Part shown: in pieces, positions 38,595 to 48,650 of the stretch
Layout: each line of letters opens with the position of its first letter
Numbering within the stretch: the stretch's first letter is position 1
Notes under the pieces: generated by a model
Database searches by the model: none
What the model was told of the DNA's origin: nothing
Seen by the model: the letters and a program-made list of their open reading frames with translations, nothing else
Program-made: the position numbers and the translations under genes
Assembly (NCBI GenBank): GCA_946403255.1
Contig: CAMIZH010000001.1
Span: 1-51,650, forward strand
Source of the DNA: an uncultured Peptoniphilaceae bacterium
Lineage (GTDB): Bacteria; Bacillota; Clostridia; Tissierellales; Peptoniphilaceae
Length of the DNA stretch: 51,650 nucleotides
Direction: 5' to 3'

Positions 38595-39136
38595 TATTTC
38601 TCCCAAATCCCAACTGATGTATTTCCATAATTTTTAAATTTGACATTTGAAAGATACTTAGAAAAATCAACTTTTAAATCCTTATCTTGTTCAATAATTA
38701 AATAACCATCATCTTCAAGCATATTGTTTTCAATTATTAATTTAACTGTATTTTCATATAATTTTTCATCACCAAAAGGTGGATCCATATATATAAAGTC
38801 AAATTTTTCGCCTATTAATTTACCAATAGCTGATTTACTATTCATTTTAAGTACTATTGAATTTTCTTCATAATGAGCCTTTTCTATATTTTCAGAAATA
38901 GCTTCTATTGCCGATCTACTATTATCAACGAAATAAGCTTTTTCTGCACCTCTTGATAAAAATTCTATACCTATTGAGCCTGTTCCAGAAAATAAATCTA
39001 ATACTTTAGTACCATAAAAATTCTGTCCCATTAAATTAAATATATTTTCTTTAATTCTATCCTCTGTAGGTCTAGTATCTTGCCCTCTAGGTGATACTAA
39101 TCTAAGCCCTTTTCTGTCGCCTGCTATAACTCTCAT
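38594..39136 (-). CDS. rsmD: 16S rRNA m2G966 methyltransferase
   Basis: MRVIAG, TRPT.DR.KE..FN, LDLFSGTG, DPPF. Confidence 0.95.
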   Translation of the reverse strand: MRVIAGDRKGLRLVSPRGQDTRPTEDRIKENIFNLMGQNFYGTKVLDLFSGTGSIGIEFLSRGAEKAYFVDNSRSAIEAISENIEKAHYEENSIVLKMNSKSAIGKLIGEKFDFIYMDPPFGDEKLYENTVKLIIENNMLEDDGYLIIEQDKDLKVDFSKYLSNVKFKNYGNTSVGIWEK

Positions 39137-39190
39137 AGCTCCTCCAAATATCTTTTATTTTATCATAAACTTTTTACAATAACAACGTTT

Positions 39191-41236
39191 CTAATTAAGT
39201 ATGGCGTATTCTATTTTAAAGTTCTTTATTATTGCATCCTTAAGTTCTAAATGCTCATTTTTAGATAAGTTTTCATCTTCATTTAATATATTTAAAGCCT
39301 CTTGTTGAGCATATTTTAATATATTAATATCTCTTGAAACATCTGCTAATTTAAAATCCATCATACCTGATTGTTTAGTACCAAATATATCTCCAGAACC
39401 TCTTAATTCTAAATCCTTATTTGCTATATAAAACCCATCAGTTGAATCGGTCATAACCTTCATTCTTTGCCAAGATATTTCAGATTTAGATTCATTATAT
39501 AAAATACAATAACTTTGATGTTCCCCTCTACCAACTCTACCTCTTAATTGATGTAGCTGTGCTAGACCAAATCTCTCTGAATTGTAAATTAAAATTATTG
39601 ATGCATTTGGAACATTTACCCCTACTTCAATTACTGTTGTTGAAACTATAATTTTCGTTTCATTTTTTTCAAATCTTTCCATAACTTCATTTTTTTCTTT
39701 TGCATTCATTTTTCCATGCAATAATTCAATTTGAAAATCTTTAAAATAATCTAATTTTAAATCCTTATGAACTTCTTCTGCAGAATTCAGATCAAAAACT
39801 TCACTTTCTTCAATAAGTGGACAAATAATATATGCCTGTCTACCTTTTTTAACTTCTTCCTGCACAAAACCAATTGCTCTATCAAGCATAGAATTATTTA
39901 TAGCAATTGTATCAATTTGCTTTCTGTTTGGTGGCATAGTATCAATTGTTGAAATAGATAAATCTCCATATAATATTAAAGATAATGTTCTTGGTATTGG
40001 CGTTGCCGTCATAACTAATGTATGAGCTTTTTTTTCTTTAGTATTTAAACTTTCTCTTTGTCTTACACCAAATCTATGTTGCTCATCAGTTACATTTAAA
40101 CCAAGATTTCTAAACTCTACATTTTCTTCAATTAGCGCATGAGTCCCTATTAAAATATCAATACTTCCATTTTTTATACCTTCAAGAATTCTTTCCTTAT
40201 TCTTTTTTGTTGTACTTCCAACTAAAAGTTCTACTTTAACTCCAAGAGGTTCTAGCAAACTTCTAAAGCTTTCTAAATGCTGTCTTGCAAGTATTTCAGT
40301 TGGAGCCATAATAGTTGATTGGTAGCCATTTATATAGGAAAGATACATTGCTATTATTGCAACTATTGTTTTACCTGAACCAACATCTCCTTGAAGAAGT
40401 CTATTCATTCTAGTATCTGATGTCATATCTTTAAAAATTTCATCTAATACTTTATTTTGGCCATCTGTTAATTTAAAAGGTAACTCCTCAATAAATCTAT
40501 AAATTTCTTTATTTATTTCTATTGGAACTCCTTTTGAAATTTTATCATCTTTTTTAAGTCTAAATATTGCAAGTTGAAAAATTAAAAACTCTTCAAAAAC
40601 AAGTCTATTTCTAGCAAGTAAATAATGTTTTTTACTTTGTGGCCTGTGAATATTTCTTACAGCCTCATTTTTTTCCATTAATCTATATTTTTCAATTAAG
40701 TTTTGTGGCAGTGGCTCTTTATAATAATTATTATTTATAACTTGATTTGTAAGTTTTATAATTTCATTGTTTGTAATTCCTTTTTTAAGAGAATAAATAG
40801 GAAAAATAGTACCAACATTATTATTTTCAGTTTTCTTTTCAAATTGAGGATTAGTTATCTGCACTTGTCCTCTAAATTTAGTTACCTTACCACTAACTAA
40901 ATATCTAGTATTTGCCTTTATATTATCTTTTATATATGGTGAATTAAAAAAAGACATGATTCCTTTACCAGATTCATCCTCTATTAAAAAAGTTGTTATA
41001 TTTAAATTTTTTCTAATTCTTTTTACTTCTAAAAGACCTAAAACTAAGACATCAAAAGTAGCCTTTTCATTGTTTTCCGTGTTATATAACAATTTAAGAT
41101 TACTTTGATCATCATAAGTTCTTGGATAATATTCTAATAAATCTCTTATCTTATAAATTTCCAAAGAATTATATTTTTTTAATCTTTTTGGCCCAACACC
41201 TTTTAAATATTGAATTGAGTCATCTATTGCAACCAT
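39191..41236 (-). CDS. recG: ATP-dependent DNA helicase RecG
   Basis: LQGDVGSGKT, DEQHRFGV, MTATPIPR, QLRGRVGRG. Confidence 0.98.
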   Translation of the reverse strand: MVAIDDSIQYLKGVGPKRLKKYNSLEIYKIRDLLEYYPRTYDDQSNLKLLYNTENNEKATFDVLVLGLLEVKRIRKNLNITTFLIEDESGKGIMSFFNSPYIKDNIKANTRYLVSGKVTKFRGQVQITNPQFEKKTENNNVGTIFPIYSLKKGITNNEIIKLTNQVINNNYYKEPLPQNLIEKYRLMEKNEAVRNIHRPQSKKHYLLARNRLVFEEFLIFQLAIFRLKKDDKISKGVPIEINKEIYRFIEELPFKLTDGQNKVLDEIFKDMTSDTRMNRLLQGDVGSGKTIVAIIAMYLSYINGYQSTIMAPTEILARQHLESFRSLLEPLGVKVELLVGSTTKKNKERILEGIKNGSIDILIGTHALIEENVEFRNLGLNVTDEQHRFGVRQRESLNTKEKKAHTLVMTATPIPRTLSLILYGDLSISTIDTMPPNRKQIDTIAINNSMLDRAIGFVQEEVKKGRQAYIICPLIEESEVFDLNSAEEVHKDLKLDYFKDFQIELLHGKMNAKEKNEVMERFEKNETKIIVSTTVIEVGVNVPNASIILIYNSERFGLAQLHQLRGRVGRGEHQSYCILYNESKSEISWQRMKVMTDSTDGFYIANKDLELRGSGDIFGTKQSGMMDFKLADVSRDINILKYAQQEALNILNEDENLSKNEHLELKDAIIKNFKIEYAILN

Positions 41237-41250
41237 TTTATCACCTTTTG

Positions 41251-41277
41251 AAAATGCCCCACATTCCTGTAGGGCAT
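41251..41277 (-). terminator. Hairpin/terminator between fakA and recG
   Basis: ATGCCCTACA-GGAA-TGTGGGGCAT followed by short U-run on minus strand. Confidence 0.6.
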
Positions 41278-41282
41278 AATTT

Positions 41283-42950
41283 TTATTCTAAAGATATAAC
41301 ATAGTAGTAAATCGGTTGTCCACCATAAACTAAATCTATGTCTAAATCACTATATTTTTCTTCAAGTTTTCCTAAAATTGCATTTGAATCTTCTTCCTTA
41401 GTATCCTCTCCACAATAAAGAGTTACCATAGAAATATCTTCATTCATTAAAGAATCAATAAGTTCTATTGTTACTTCTGCAACTGTTTTTCCACAAGAAA
41501 CTATATCCTTATCACTAAGTCCAATAATATCTCCTGTAGTAATTTTTTTACCTTTTATTTCAGTATCTCTTACTGCATATGTTACTTGTGCTGAAACTAC
41601 ATCTTCAGCTGCTGATAACATATGTTTTTTATTTTGTTCAGGAGTTGTATCTTCGTTAAATGCAAGAATTGAAGCTACTCCTTCTGGTACTGATTTTGTA
41701 GGTATTACTATTATATTTCTATCGCTAAGTTTTTGAGCTTGCTCAGCTGCAAGAATAATATTACTATTATTTGGAATAATAAATATATTTTCTCCACGTA
41801 CTTTATCTACACCTTTAAGAAGGTCTTCAGTACTTGGATTCATAGTTTGCCCACCTTCGACAATATAATCTACTCCAAGTGAATTAAATACATCACTCAT
41901 TCCACTTCCCATGGAAACTACTATAAAAGAATATTTTTTATCAATAGCAAATTCTTCTTCTTTTATTTCCTCTTCTTTAGCCGCTTCTACTTCTTCTTCA
42001 TCAAATAAAATTTCTCTATGTTGGAATCTCATATTGTCAATTTTAATATCTTGTAGCGCTCCAAGTGCAACTGCATGCTCTAAGGCTTGTCCTGGATTGT
42101 TCGTATGAACATGAACTTTAATAAGTCCACTTCCTGCTCCACCTACTACTAAAAGACAATCTCCAAGAGGAGATAATTTTTCTTTAAATGCTTCTATATC
42201 TTCATATTCAGTATTTATAATAAATTCTGTACAATATCCATATTTAATACTTTCATCAGCTGGTCCAAAATCAATTTGTTTTTGAGCTTTTTTCTTTAAT
42301 ATTTCATCTTCTTCAACAAATCCTATTTCTTCACCAGTTAAAGCTTTATATGCTCCTTCTAGTATTAATACAAGTCCTTTTCCACCTGCATCAACAACAC
42401 CAGCTTCTTTTAATACTTCTAATTTTTCTGGTGTTTTATCAAGAGATATATTCGCTTCTTTTATTACATCTTCAAAAAATAAAATTGCATCATCATATTT
42501 TTTAAAGTTTTTCATTGCAAAATCTGCTGTTTCTCTTCCAACTGTAAGAATAGTTCCTTCTGTTGGTTTCATCACTGCATTATAAGTTGTTTCAGATGCT
42601 TTTTTAAATGCATGTGCTAGTTGAGATATATTTGCCTCTTCTAGACCTTCTAACCCTTCAGAAAAACCTCTGAACAATTGAGATAATATAACCCCCGAAT
42701 TTCCTCTTGCTCCCATTAATGAGCCTCTAGCAGCTGCCTTAGCAACTTCATTTAAGCTCTTATCATTTTCCACTTCATTAATAAGTTTCATTGATGATTT
42801 TGCAGTTAGAGACATATTCGTACCAGTATCACCATCTGGCACAGGAAATACGTTTAGGGCATTTACTTCATCTTTATTTTTAACTAGGTAATTTACTCCA
42901 CCAATTAAGGCTTTTTTTAGTAAAATACCATCTAAAGTTGTTGTTTTCAA
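41283..42950 (-). CDS. fakA: DAK2 domain protein, fatty acid kinase catalytic subunit (YloV)
   Basis: LNVFPVPDGDTGTNM, ARGNSGVILSQ, YGYCTEF, KVHVHT, GGQTMNPS; TTG 42950 after GGAGG. Confidence 0.93.
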   Translation of the reverse strand: MKTTTLDGILLKKALIGGVNYLVKNKDEVNALNVFPVPDGDTGTNMSLTAKSSMKLINEVENDKSLNEVAKAAARGSLMGARGNSGVILSQLFRGFSEGLEGLEEANISQLAHAFKKASETTYNAVMKPTEGTILTVGRETADFAMKNFKKYDDAILFFEDVIKEANISLDKTPEKLEVLKEAGVVDAGGKGLVLILEGAYKALTGEEIGFVEEDEILKKKAQKQIDFGPADESIKYGYCTEFIINTEYEDIEAFKEKLSPLGDCLLVVGGAGSGLIKVHVHTNNPGQALEHAVALGALQDIKIDNMRFQHREILFDEEEVEAAKEEEIKEEEFAIDKKYSFIVVSMGSGMSDVFNSLGVDYIVEGGQTMNPSTEDLLKGVDKVRGENIFIIPNNSNIILAAEQAQKLSDRNIIVIPTKSVPEGVASILAFNEDTTPEQNKKHMLSAAEDVVSAQVTYAVRDTEIKGKKITTGDIIGLSDKDIVSCGKTVAEVTIELIDSLMNEDISMVTLYCGEDTKEEDSNAILGKLEEKYSDLDIDLVYGGQPIYYYVISLE

Positions 42951-42964
42951 AGTACGTCCCTCCA

Positions 42965-43318
42965 CTATTTTACTCTTATTCCTTCAACTGAGACTTCAAT
43001 ATTGTTTACAGGTAACCCTGTTAAATTTTCAATATTAAACTTAACTCTGTCTATTATATTTTGTCCAACAGTAGAAATTCTAACTCCATACTCTAAAATA
43101 ACATGAAGTTCTATATTAATTTCTCCATTTTCAGTGTTTACTTTAATTCCTTTAGATAAATTATCAAACTTTAAAAGTTCAAATATTCCATCTGCTGCAT
43201 TTTTAGATGCCATTCCTACTATTCCATAGCTCTCCATTGCAGAAATACCTGCAATTATAGCAATTACATTATTATCAATTATTATATTCCCATTATCATT
43301 CATTATATTAGCTGGCAT
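42965..43318 (-). CDS. Asp23/Gls24 family protein (YloU)
   Basis: IA.IAG....ESYGIVGM, YGV.I..V; upstream of fakA. Confidence 0.92.
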   Translation of the reverse strand: MPANIMNDNGNIIIDNNVIAIIAGISAMESYGIVGMASKNAADGIFELLKFDNLSKGIKVNTENGEINIELHVILEYGVRISTVGQNIIDRVKFNIENLTGLPVNNIEVSVEGIRVK

Positions 43319-43479
43319 ATAGAGCACCTCCTAATCAATAAATACCACTCTATTTTCTCTATTATATCATCAAAATCATCATCAGCAAATATTTATTGGT
43401 TTTTAAAAAAAGAATTTGCCAAATAATAGATATCTGTGGTAAAATGTATTCTGCTATTAATACTTAAGGAGGTGTCACA

Positions 43480-43671
43480 ATGTCAAAAATATGTTCAGTA
43501 TGCGGAAAACAAAAATCATTTGGTAATACAATTTCATTCTCACATAAAAGAGGAAACAGAAGCTGGTCTCCTAACATCAGAAGAGTTAGAGCTGTTGTAA
43601 ATGGTGCTCCAAGAAGAATCAACGTATGTGCTAGATGCTTAAAATCTGGAAAAGTTGAAAGAGCTATCTAA
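43480..43671 (+). CDS. rpmB: 50S ribosomal protein L28
   Basis: CSVCGK...GN..S.SH....R.W.PN...VCARCLKSGKV. Confidence 0.98.
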   Translation: MSKICSVCGKQKSFGNTISFSHKRGNRSWSPNIRRVRAVVNGAPRRINVCARCLKSGKVERAI

Positions 43672-43709
43672 TTTAGAATTCAAAGTTTTTTAATATCTTG
43701 CAAAATATT

Positions 43710-43740
43710 AAAAAAAGGACTGATATATATCAGTCCTTTT
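43710..43740. terminator. Bidirectional terminator between rpmB and thiN
   Basis: AAAAGGACTGATA/TATCAGTCCTTTT with A/U runs on both sides. Confidence 0.8.
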
Positions 43741-43754
43741 CTTTATGCATATTT

Positions 43755-44387
43755 TTAATCATTTGATTTTATAATCAAAGCTTTTCCACTATGAATATTG
43801 ATTTCAGCAAAAACATCTTTTATTTCATTACTTACTCCTCTAGCAGAGTATCTTTTTATATTTAAATGATCTGTTTCATATTCCATTCCATTAGTTGAAT
43901 AAATAAGTTCATCACTTATTGAAATTAAAGATAAGTATTTATAATTATCTTTAAAAACTTTAAATATTTCCTCTGATTTAAAAATTATTTCATTGTTATT
44001 ATCTATTAGTTTTCCAAATATATTATTATCATATAAATATTCTAATAATAGCATATTTGCAATAGTATGATCCATTCTAGTTCCCGTTGCAGATAAAATG
44101 CTTATTTCATTAAAACCCTTTTCTACTAAAATACTTACTGCAAGTTCTGTATCTGTTAGATTTTTTTTCTTTGGATATTCATGTACTAATATTTTTTTCT
44201 CTTTTACAAATCTTTTTCCCATATCATCTATTGAATCTAAATCTCCAACAAGTAAATCTGGTAATAAATTTGTATCTATAAAATTTTTAATTCCACCATC
44301 AGCACATATAATATAAGCATCTTTAGTTTCTCTAAATAAAATTTTCTTATCTATTTTTTCTCCACCAGAAACTAAAACCGCTTTCAT
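43755..44387 (-). CDS. thiN: Thiamine diphosphokinase
   Basis: CADGG, GDLDS, K..TDTELA, G.RMDH, GVSNE. Confidence 0.93.
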   Translation of the reverse strand: MKAVLVSGGEKIDKKILFRETKDAYIICADGGIKNFIDTNLLPDLLVGDLDSIDDMGKRFVKEKKILVHEYPKKKNLTDTELAVSILVEKGFNEISILSATGTRMDHTIANMLLLEYLYDNNIFGKLIDNNNEIIFKSEEIFKVFKDNYKYLSLISISDELIYSTNGMEYETDHLNIKRYSARGVSNEIKDVFAEINIHSGKALIIKSND

Positions 44388-45034
44388 ATTCTCATCAATT
44401 CTTTAAACTTAATAATTTCATCCTTAGGACATTCCTTAGAAAATATTGCAGAACCTGCTACTAATATATCCGCTCCTGCATCTAATACTTCCTTTGCATT
44501 GTCTAGTTTAATTCCACCGTCAACTTCAATTTTACATCTAGGATTTCTTTCATTAATTATTTTTTTTGTTTCTTCGATTTTTCTAAGTGAAGATTCAATA
44601 AAACTTTGACCACCAAACCCTGGATTTACACTCATTATAAGAACAAGATTTAAATCTTCAATTGTATAATCTAAAACATCTAAACTCTCTCCTGGATTTA
44701 TTGCAAGTCCAACATCTACACCATAACTTTTAATTAAATTTATAGTTCTATTTAAATGTTTTGTTGCTCCTGGATGAATTGTTATAATATCTGCTCCTGC
44801 TTTTACAAAGTCCTCGATATAATTTTCTGGATTTTCAATCATTAAATGCACATCAAAAGGTATGTCTGTTAGTTTTTTAAATTGTTTAACAATTCCTGGT
44901 CCAAAAGATATATTTGGTACATAATTTCCGTCCATAATATCTACATGAACAAAGTCTGCTTTCCCTTCGTCCATAGCTAAAAAATCATCTTTTATATTTG
45001 TAAAATCTGCTGATAATATTGATGGTGATATCAT
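44384..45034 (-). CDS. rpe: Ribulose-phosphate 3-epimerase
   Basis: SPSILSADF, HVDIMDG.YVPN, DVHLM, MSVNPGFGGQ, EVDGG. Confidence 0.97.
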   Translation of the reverse strand: MISPSILSADFTNIKDDFLAMDEGKADFVHVDIMDGNYVPNISFGPGIVKQFKKLTDIPFDVHLMIENPENYIEDFVKAGADIITIHPGATKHLNRTINLIKSYGVDVGLAINPGESLDVLDYTIEDLNLVLIMSVNPGFGGQSFIESSLRKIEETKKIINERNPRCKIEVDGGIKLDNAKEVLDAGADILVAGSAIFSKECPKDEIIKFKELMRI

Positions 45035-45891
45035 TAATATTTCCCCTTTTCTTTTAAGTCATTAAATATACTTACATAATTTTTATATCTTGTTTCTTCT
45101 ACTTCTCCACTTTCTACTGCTTCTTTAACGGCGCAGTGTGGTTCATTTATGTGATTGCAGTTATTAAACCTACAATTACTCCTGAAATTCTTAAACTCTC
45201 TAAATTGCTCTTGTAATCTGTCTGAGTCTATACTTAAATCCATACTTGAAAAACCTGGAGTATCAAATAAATATGTATCATTTTCTCCAAATAAAAGTTC
45301 TACATGTCTTGTTGTATGTTTACCACGTCTAGTTTTTTCAGATATTCCACCTACTAAAACTTCTCTACCTAATATATAACTTGCAATAGTTGATTTTCCT
45401 GCTGCAGAAACTCCTGAAAGTGCAGTTGTTTTTCCTTCTACATGTTCTCTTAAACTCTCTAGAGATTTTTCATCTTTATTTGAAACCATAAATGTTTCAA
45501 ATCCTGCATTTTTATATAAATACATAAGTTTTTTTGCTTCAGATTCATCTAAATCATATTTATTTATAACTATAAAAATATCTACTTTATTTTCATAAGC
45601 AATTATCATTCTATCTACTAAATTTAAGTTATACTTTGGATCTTTTATTGGAATAACTATTAATACCTGATCTACATTTGCAACTGAAGGTCTTATCAAT
45701 ATATTAGTTCTGGGATATACTTTTTCAATATATCCCAGTTTATCTTCTTCATATTTAAATTCAACAATATCCCCAACTACAGGTTTCGTATCTTTATGTC
45801 TAAAGTTTCCTCTAGCACGTGTTTCATATACTTTTCCATCAGAATATACATAGTAAAATCCGCCAGTTAATTTAACAATTTTACCTTCCAT
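45034..45891 (-). CDS. rsgA: Ribosome small subunit-dependent GTPase A
   Basis: NK.DL, G.SAAGKS, RGKHTTR, DTPGF, C.F..C.H..EP.C. Confidence 0.96.
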   Translation of the reverse strand: MEGKIVKLTGGFYYVYSDGKVYETRARGNFRHKDTKPVVGDIVEFKYEEDKLGYIEKVYPRTNILIRPSVANVDQVLIVIPIKDPKYNLNLVDRMIIAYENKVDIFIVINKYDLDESEAKKLMYLYKNAGFETFMVSNKDEKSLESLREHVEGKTTALSGVSAAGKSTIASYILGREVLVGGISEKTRRGKHTTRHVELLFGENDTYLFDTPGFSSMDLSIDSDRLQEQFREFKNFRSNCRFNNCNHINEPHCAVKEAVESGEVEETRYKNYVSIFNDLKEKGKY

Positions 45892-45900
45892 TTATACTCC

Positions 45901-47919
45901 TTATAAATTTTGACTTTGGATTAGGCTTCCATCCATATATATTTCAAATTTATCACCTTTTTTTCCTTCAACAGGAATTCTTATATCTCCATCGTCAGAA
46001 GTTTTATGATAGTCATAAAGTAAATAATCTTTTCCATTTGCAGTATATCTTTTAACTTGAATTCTATGTCTTTCTCCATCTTCTGGAACTCTAACATTAA
46101 AATTAGTTTTTGCATTTTCATTAGATTGATTGTTTGTATTTGAATCTTCTTCCTCTTTGTCATTTGTATCTTCAGTTTCTTTTCCTGAACTTACATAAAG
46201 AGTAATAGTTTCTTTTTTCTCAACTTTTCCCTTTGGAGAATAGTCAAATACTTCACCTTTTTCTACTTTATTACTTTCAGTTTCTTCAATTTTAACTTTA
46301 TATCCTTGTTTTGTTAAAGTATCTCTTGCATCATCTTTTGAAAGACCAATTGTATTAGCAACTTCTTTTGCATTTTCATCTTCCCCTTGAGATACAATAA
46401 TACTAATATTTTTATCTCTTATAACTTCACTTCCTACACTAGGCTCTTGTGAAATTATTTTTCCTTTTTCTACTTCATCTGAAAAACCAGTTTCAATATT
46501 TATTATTCTAAGTCCTAATTTTGAAACCATATTTTGAGCTTCTTCTAAAGTTTTTCCTTCAAGATTTGGTACTTTTATAGCATCAGGTAATACATTTACA
46601 ACTATATTTACAGTTGTTCCTTCTTCTACTTCTTCTCCATCAACAGGACTTTGAGATAATACTTCTCTATTTTTATGATTTTCATCTTCTTCATTTCCAG
46701 ATATATTCATCTCAAGTTTTTGTGCCTTTAATATTGCTCTAGCTTCATCTTCTGTTTTTCCTACAAGGCTTGGAACTACTATTTTCATAGCTTGTTCATT
46801 GTCTGTCTTATTTGAATTAAATAAAGCCTTTGGCCCTATAAAACCTATCATAACAATTAATAAAAATGCAGTTACCATACCTAGTATTACAGGTGTCATA
46901 GATTTTTTCTTTTTCTTCTTTTTTGGTTTTTCATCTTCTTCAAAATCATTATCATTTTGAGGTCTTCTTACAACTTTTTTTCCTCTTTGTGATACTGAAG
47001 CACCATTGTTTTTATTTGAACTTTCTTTAATTCTTTCATCTAATGGTATGGATTGCTTCATAGTTTGTGAATAATCAATATTTGATGTTCTACCAAGTTG
47101 AATGTTTTTTATATCTTTAATCAATTGATATACATCTTTATATCTTTCATCTGGATCTTTCATTGTCATCTTCAATACAATTGCATCAGCTGACTCCGAA
47201 ATTCCTCTTGCACTGTCTGAAGGTCTTGGCATATTGCTTTGAACTTGCATAAGCGCAACTGATACTGGGTTTTCTGCGTCAAATGGAAGTTTTCCAGTTA
47301 ACATTTCATAAAGAACTATTCCCAGTGAATATATATCAGATCTATTATCTACCTTTGCTCCCCTAGCTTGTTCAGGAGAAAAGTAATGAACTGATCCCAT
47401 AATTGCATTTGTCGCTGTTACTGTTGAGTTATCAGCAACTCTTGCAATACCAAAATCTGTAACTTTAACTCTATCATCTTTTGTTACCATTATATTTTGA
47501 GCTTTTATATCTCTATGAACTATATTTTTTGAATGAGCTACTTTTAAAGCTTCTGCAATTTGTACACAGTAATTTAAAGCTCTTTTTTCATTTAAAGAAC
47601 CTTCTTCATTTATAACTTCTTTTAAAGTTCGTCCATCAATATATTCCATAACAATATAGTGAATTTTATCTGATCCAAGGTCCTCTGAGCCTACATCATA
47701 AATACTCACTATATTTGGATGCGAAATACTTGCAGCTGCTAAAGATTCACGCTTAAATTTTCTAATAAAATTATTATCATCATTATATTCAGCTTTTAAA
47801 ACTTTAATAGCTACAATTCTATCTAATTTTCTACAATGAGCTTTATATACATCGCCCATTCCACCTGTACCTATTTTTTCTAGAATCTCATATCTATTTC
47901 CTAATACTTTTCCTATCAT
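45901..47919 (-). CDS. pknB: PASTA-domain Ser/Thr kinase (Stk1/PrkC/PknB)
   Basis: GTGGMG, HRDIK, DFGIA, GSVHYFSPEQ; one TM helix; three PASTA repeats. Confidence 0.96.
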   Translation of the reverse strand: MIGKVLGNRYEILEKIGTGGMGDVYKAHCRKLDRIVAIKVLKAEYNDDNNFIRKFKRESLAAASISHPNIVSIYDVGSEDLGSDKIHYIVMEYIDGRTLKEVINEEGSLNEKRALNYCVQIAEALKVAHSKNIVHRDIKAQNIMVTKDDRVKVTDFGIARVADNSTVTATNAIMGSVHYFSPEQARGAKVDNRSDIYSLGIVLYEMLTGKLPFDAENPVSVALMQVQSNMPRPSDSARGISESADAIVLKMTMKDPDERYKDVYQLIKDIKNIQLGRTSNIDYSQTMKQSIPLDERIKESSNKNNGASVSQRGKKVVRRPQNDNDFEEDEKPKKKKKKKSMTPVILGMVTAFLLIVMIGFIGPKALFNSNKTDNEQAMKIVVPSLVGKTEDEARAILKAQKLEMNISGNEEDENHKNREVLSQSPVDGEEVEEGTTVNIVVNVLPDAIKVPNLEGKTLEEAQNMVSKLGLRIINIETGFSDEVEKGKIISQEPSVGSEVIRDKNISIIVSQGEDENAKEVANTIGLSKDDARDTLTKQGYKVKIEETESNKVEKGEVFDYSPKGKVEKKETITLYVSSGKETEDTNDKEEEDSNTNNQSNENAKTNFNVRVPEDGERHRIQVKRYTANGKDYLLYDYHKTSDDGDIRIPVEGKKGDKFEIYMDGSLIQSQNL

Positions 47920-47927
47920 AAGAACAC

Positions 47928-48650
47928 CTACTCATTATCAATTAAAATTAATGTAATATTGTCAACGCCACCATTTTCTAGAGCTTCTTCAACTAATATT
48001 TCTTTGGCAATATCAATAGAGTTCTCATTTATAATTTCCATGATTCTATTAATCTCTACCATATTTGTAAGACCATCCGAGCAAAGTAAATACTTTACAC
48101 CTTTTTTTATTTCTCTATATTCTACTTTTGTTTTTATATTCTCTGATGTCCCAAGTGCCTTTGTAAGTACATTTTTCTTTGGATGATTCTCAGCTTCTTC
48201 TTCCGTTATTTCACCTATATCTATCAAATAGTTTACAAAAGAATCGTCTTTTGTAAGTTGAATAAGAGTAGTATCTGTTATTTCATAAATTCTACTATCT
48301 CCTATATTTGCATATATTAGTTTTCCATTATATACATAAACTACAGAAAGAGTTGTACCCATTCCTCTATAATCCATATTTTCATTAGATAACTTAAATA
48401 TTTCTTTGTTTGCAAGGTCTATTGCATTTAAAATTCCAAGTTCAACATCTTCTTCTGAATTTATTTCTATTTTATTAAAATATTTTGAAATAATAGAAGC
48501 CGCTAGTTTACTTGCAGTTTCTCCAGCTAAATGACCTCCCATACCATCTGCTAATATAAAAATCTCTTTATTTAAATCAGTTGGTATATAGTAGGAGTCC
48601 TCATTGTTAGATCTAACATTTCCAACATTAGTTGCTGCTACAAATTTCAC
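47928..48650 (-). CDS. stp: PP2C-type Ser/Thr phosphatase (Stp1/PrpC)
   Basis: R..NED, ADGMGGH, MGTT, GDSR, CSDGL, GG.DNIT. Confidence 0.95.
   Translation of the reverse strand: MKFVAATNVGNVRSNNEDSYYIPTDLNKEIFILADGMGGHLAGETASKLAASIISKYFNKIEINSEEDVELGILNAIDLANKEIFKLSNENMDYRGMGTTLSVVYVYNGKLIYANIGDSRIYEITDTTLIQLTKDDSFVNYLIDIGEITEEEAENHPKKNVLTKALGTSENIKTKVEYREIKKGVKYLLCSDGLTNMVEINRIMEIINENSIDIAKEILVEEALENGGVDNITLILIDNE

Noticed and set aside
46880..47520. PknB HRDIKAQN variant and poly-Lys run
   Set aside because: Catalytic residues retained; a basic run before the TM helix is ordinary
20548..47919. IreB/ReoM plus PknB/Stp as a novel system
   Set aside because: Established phosphorylation pathway, in its usual separate loci
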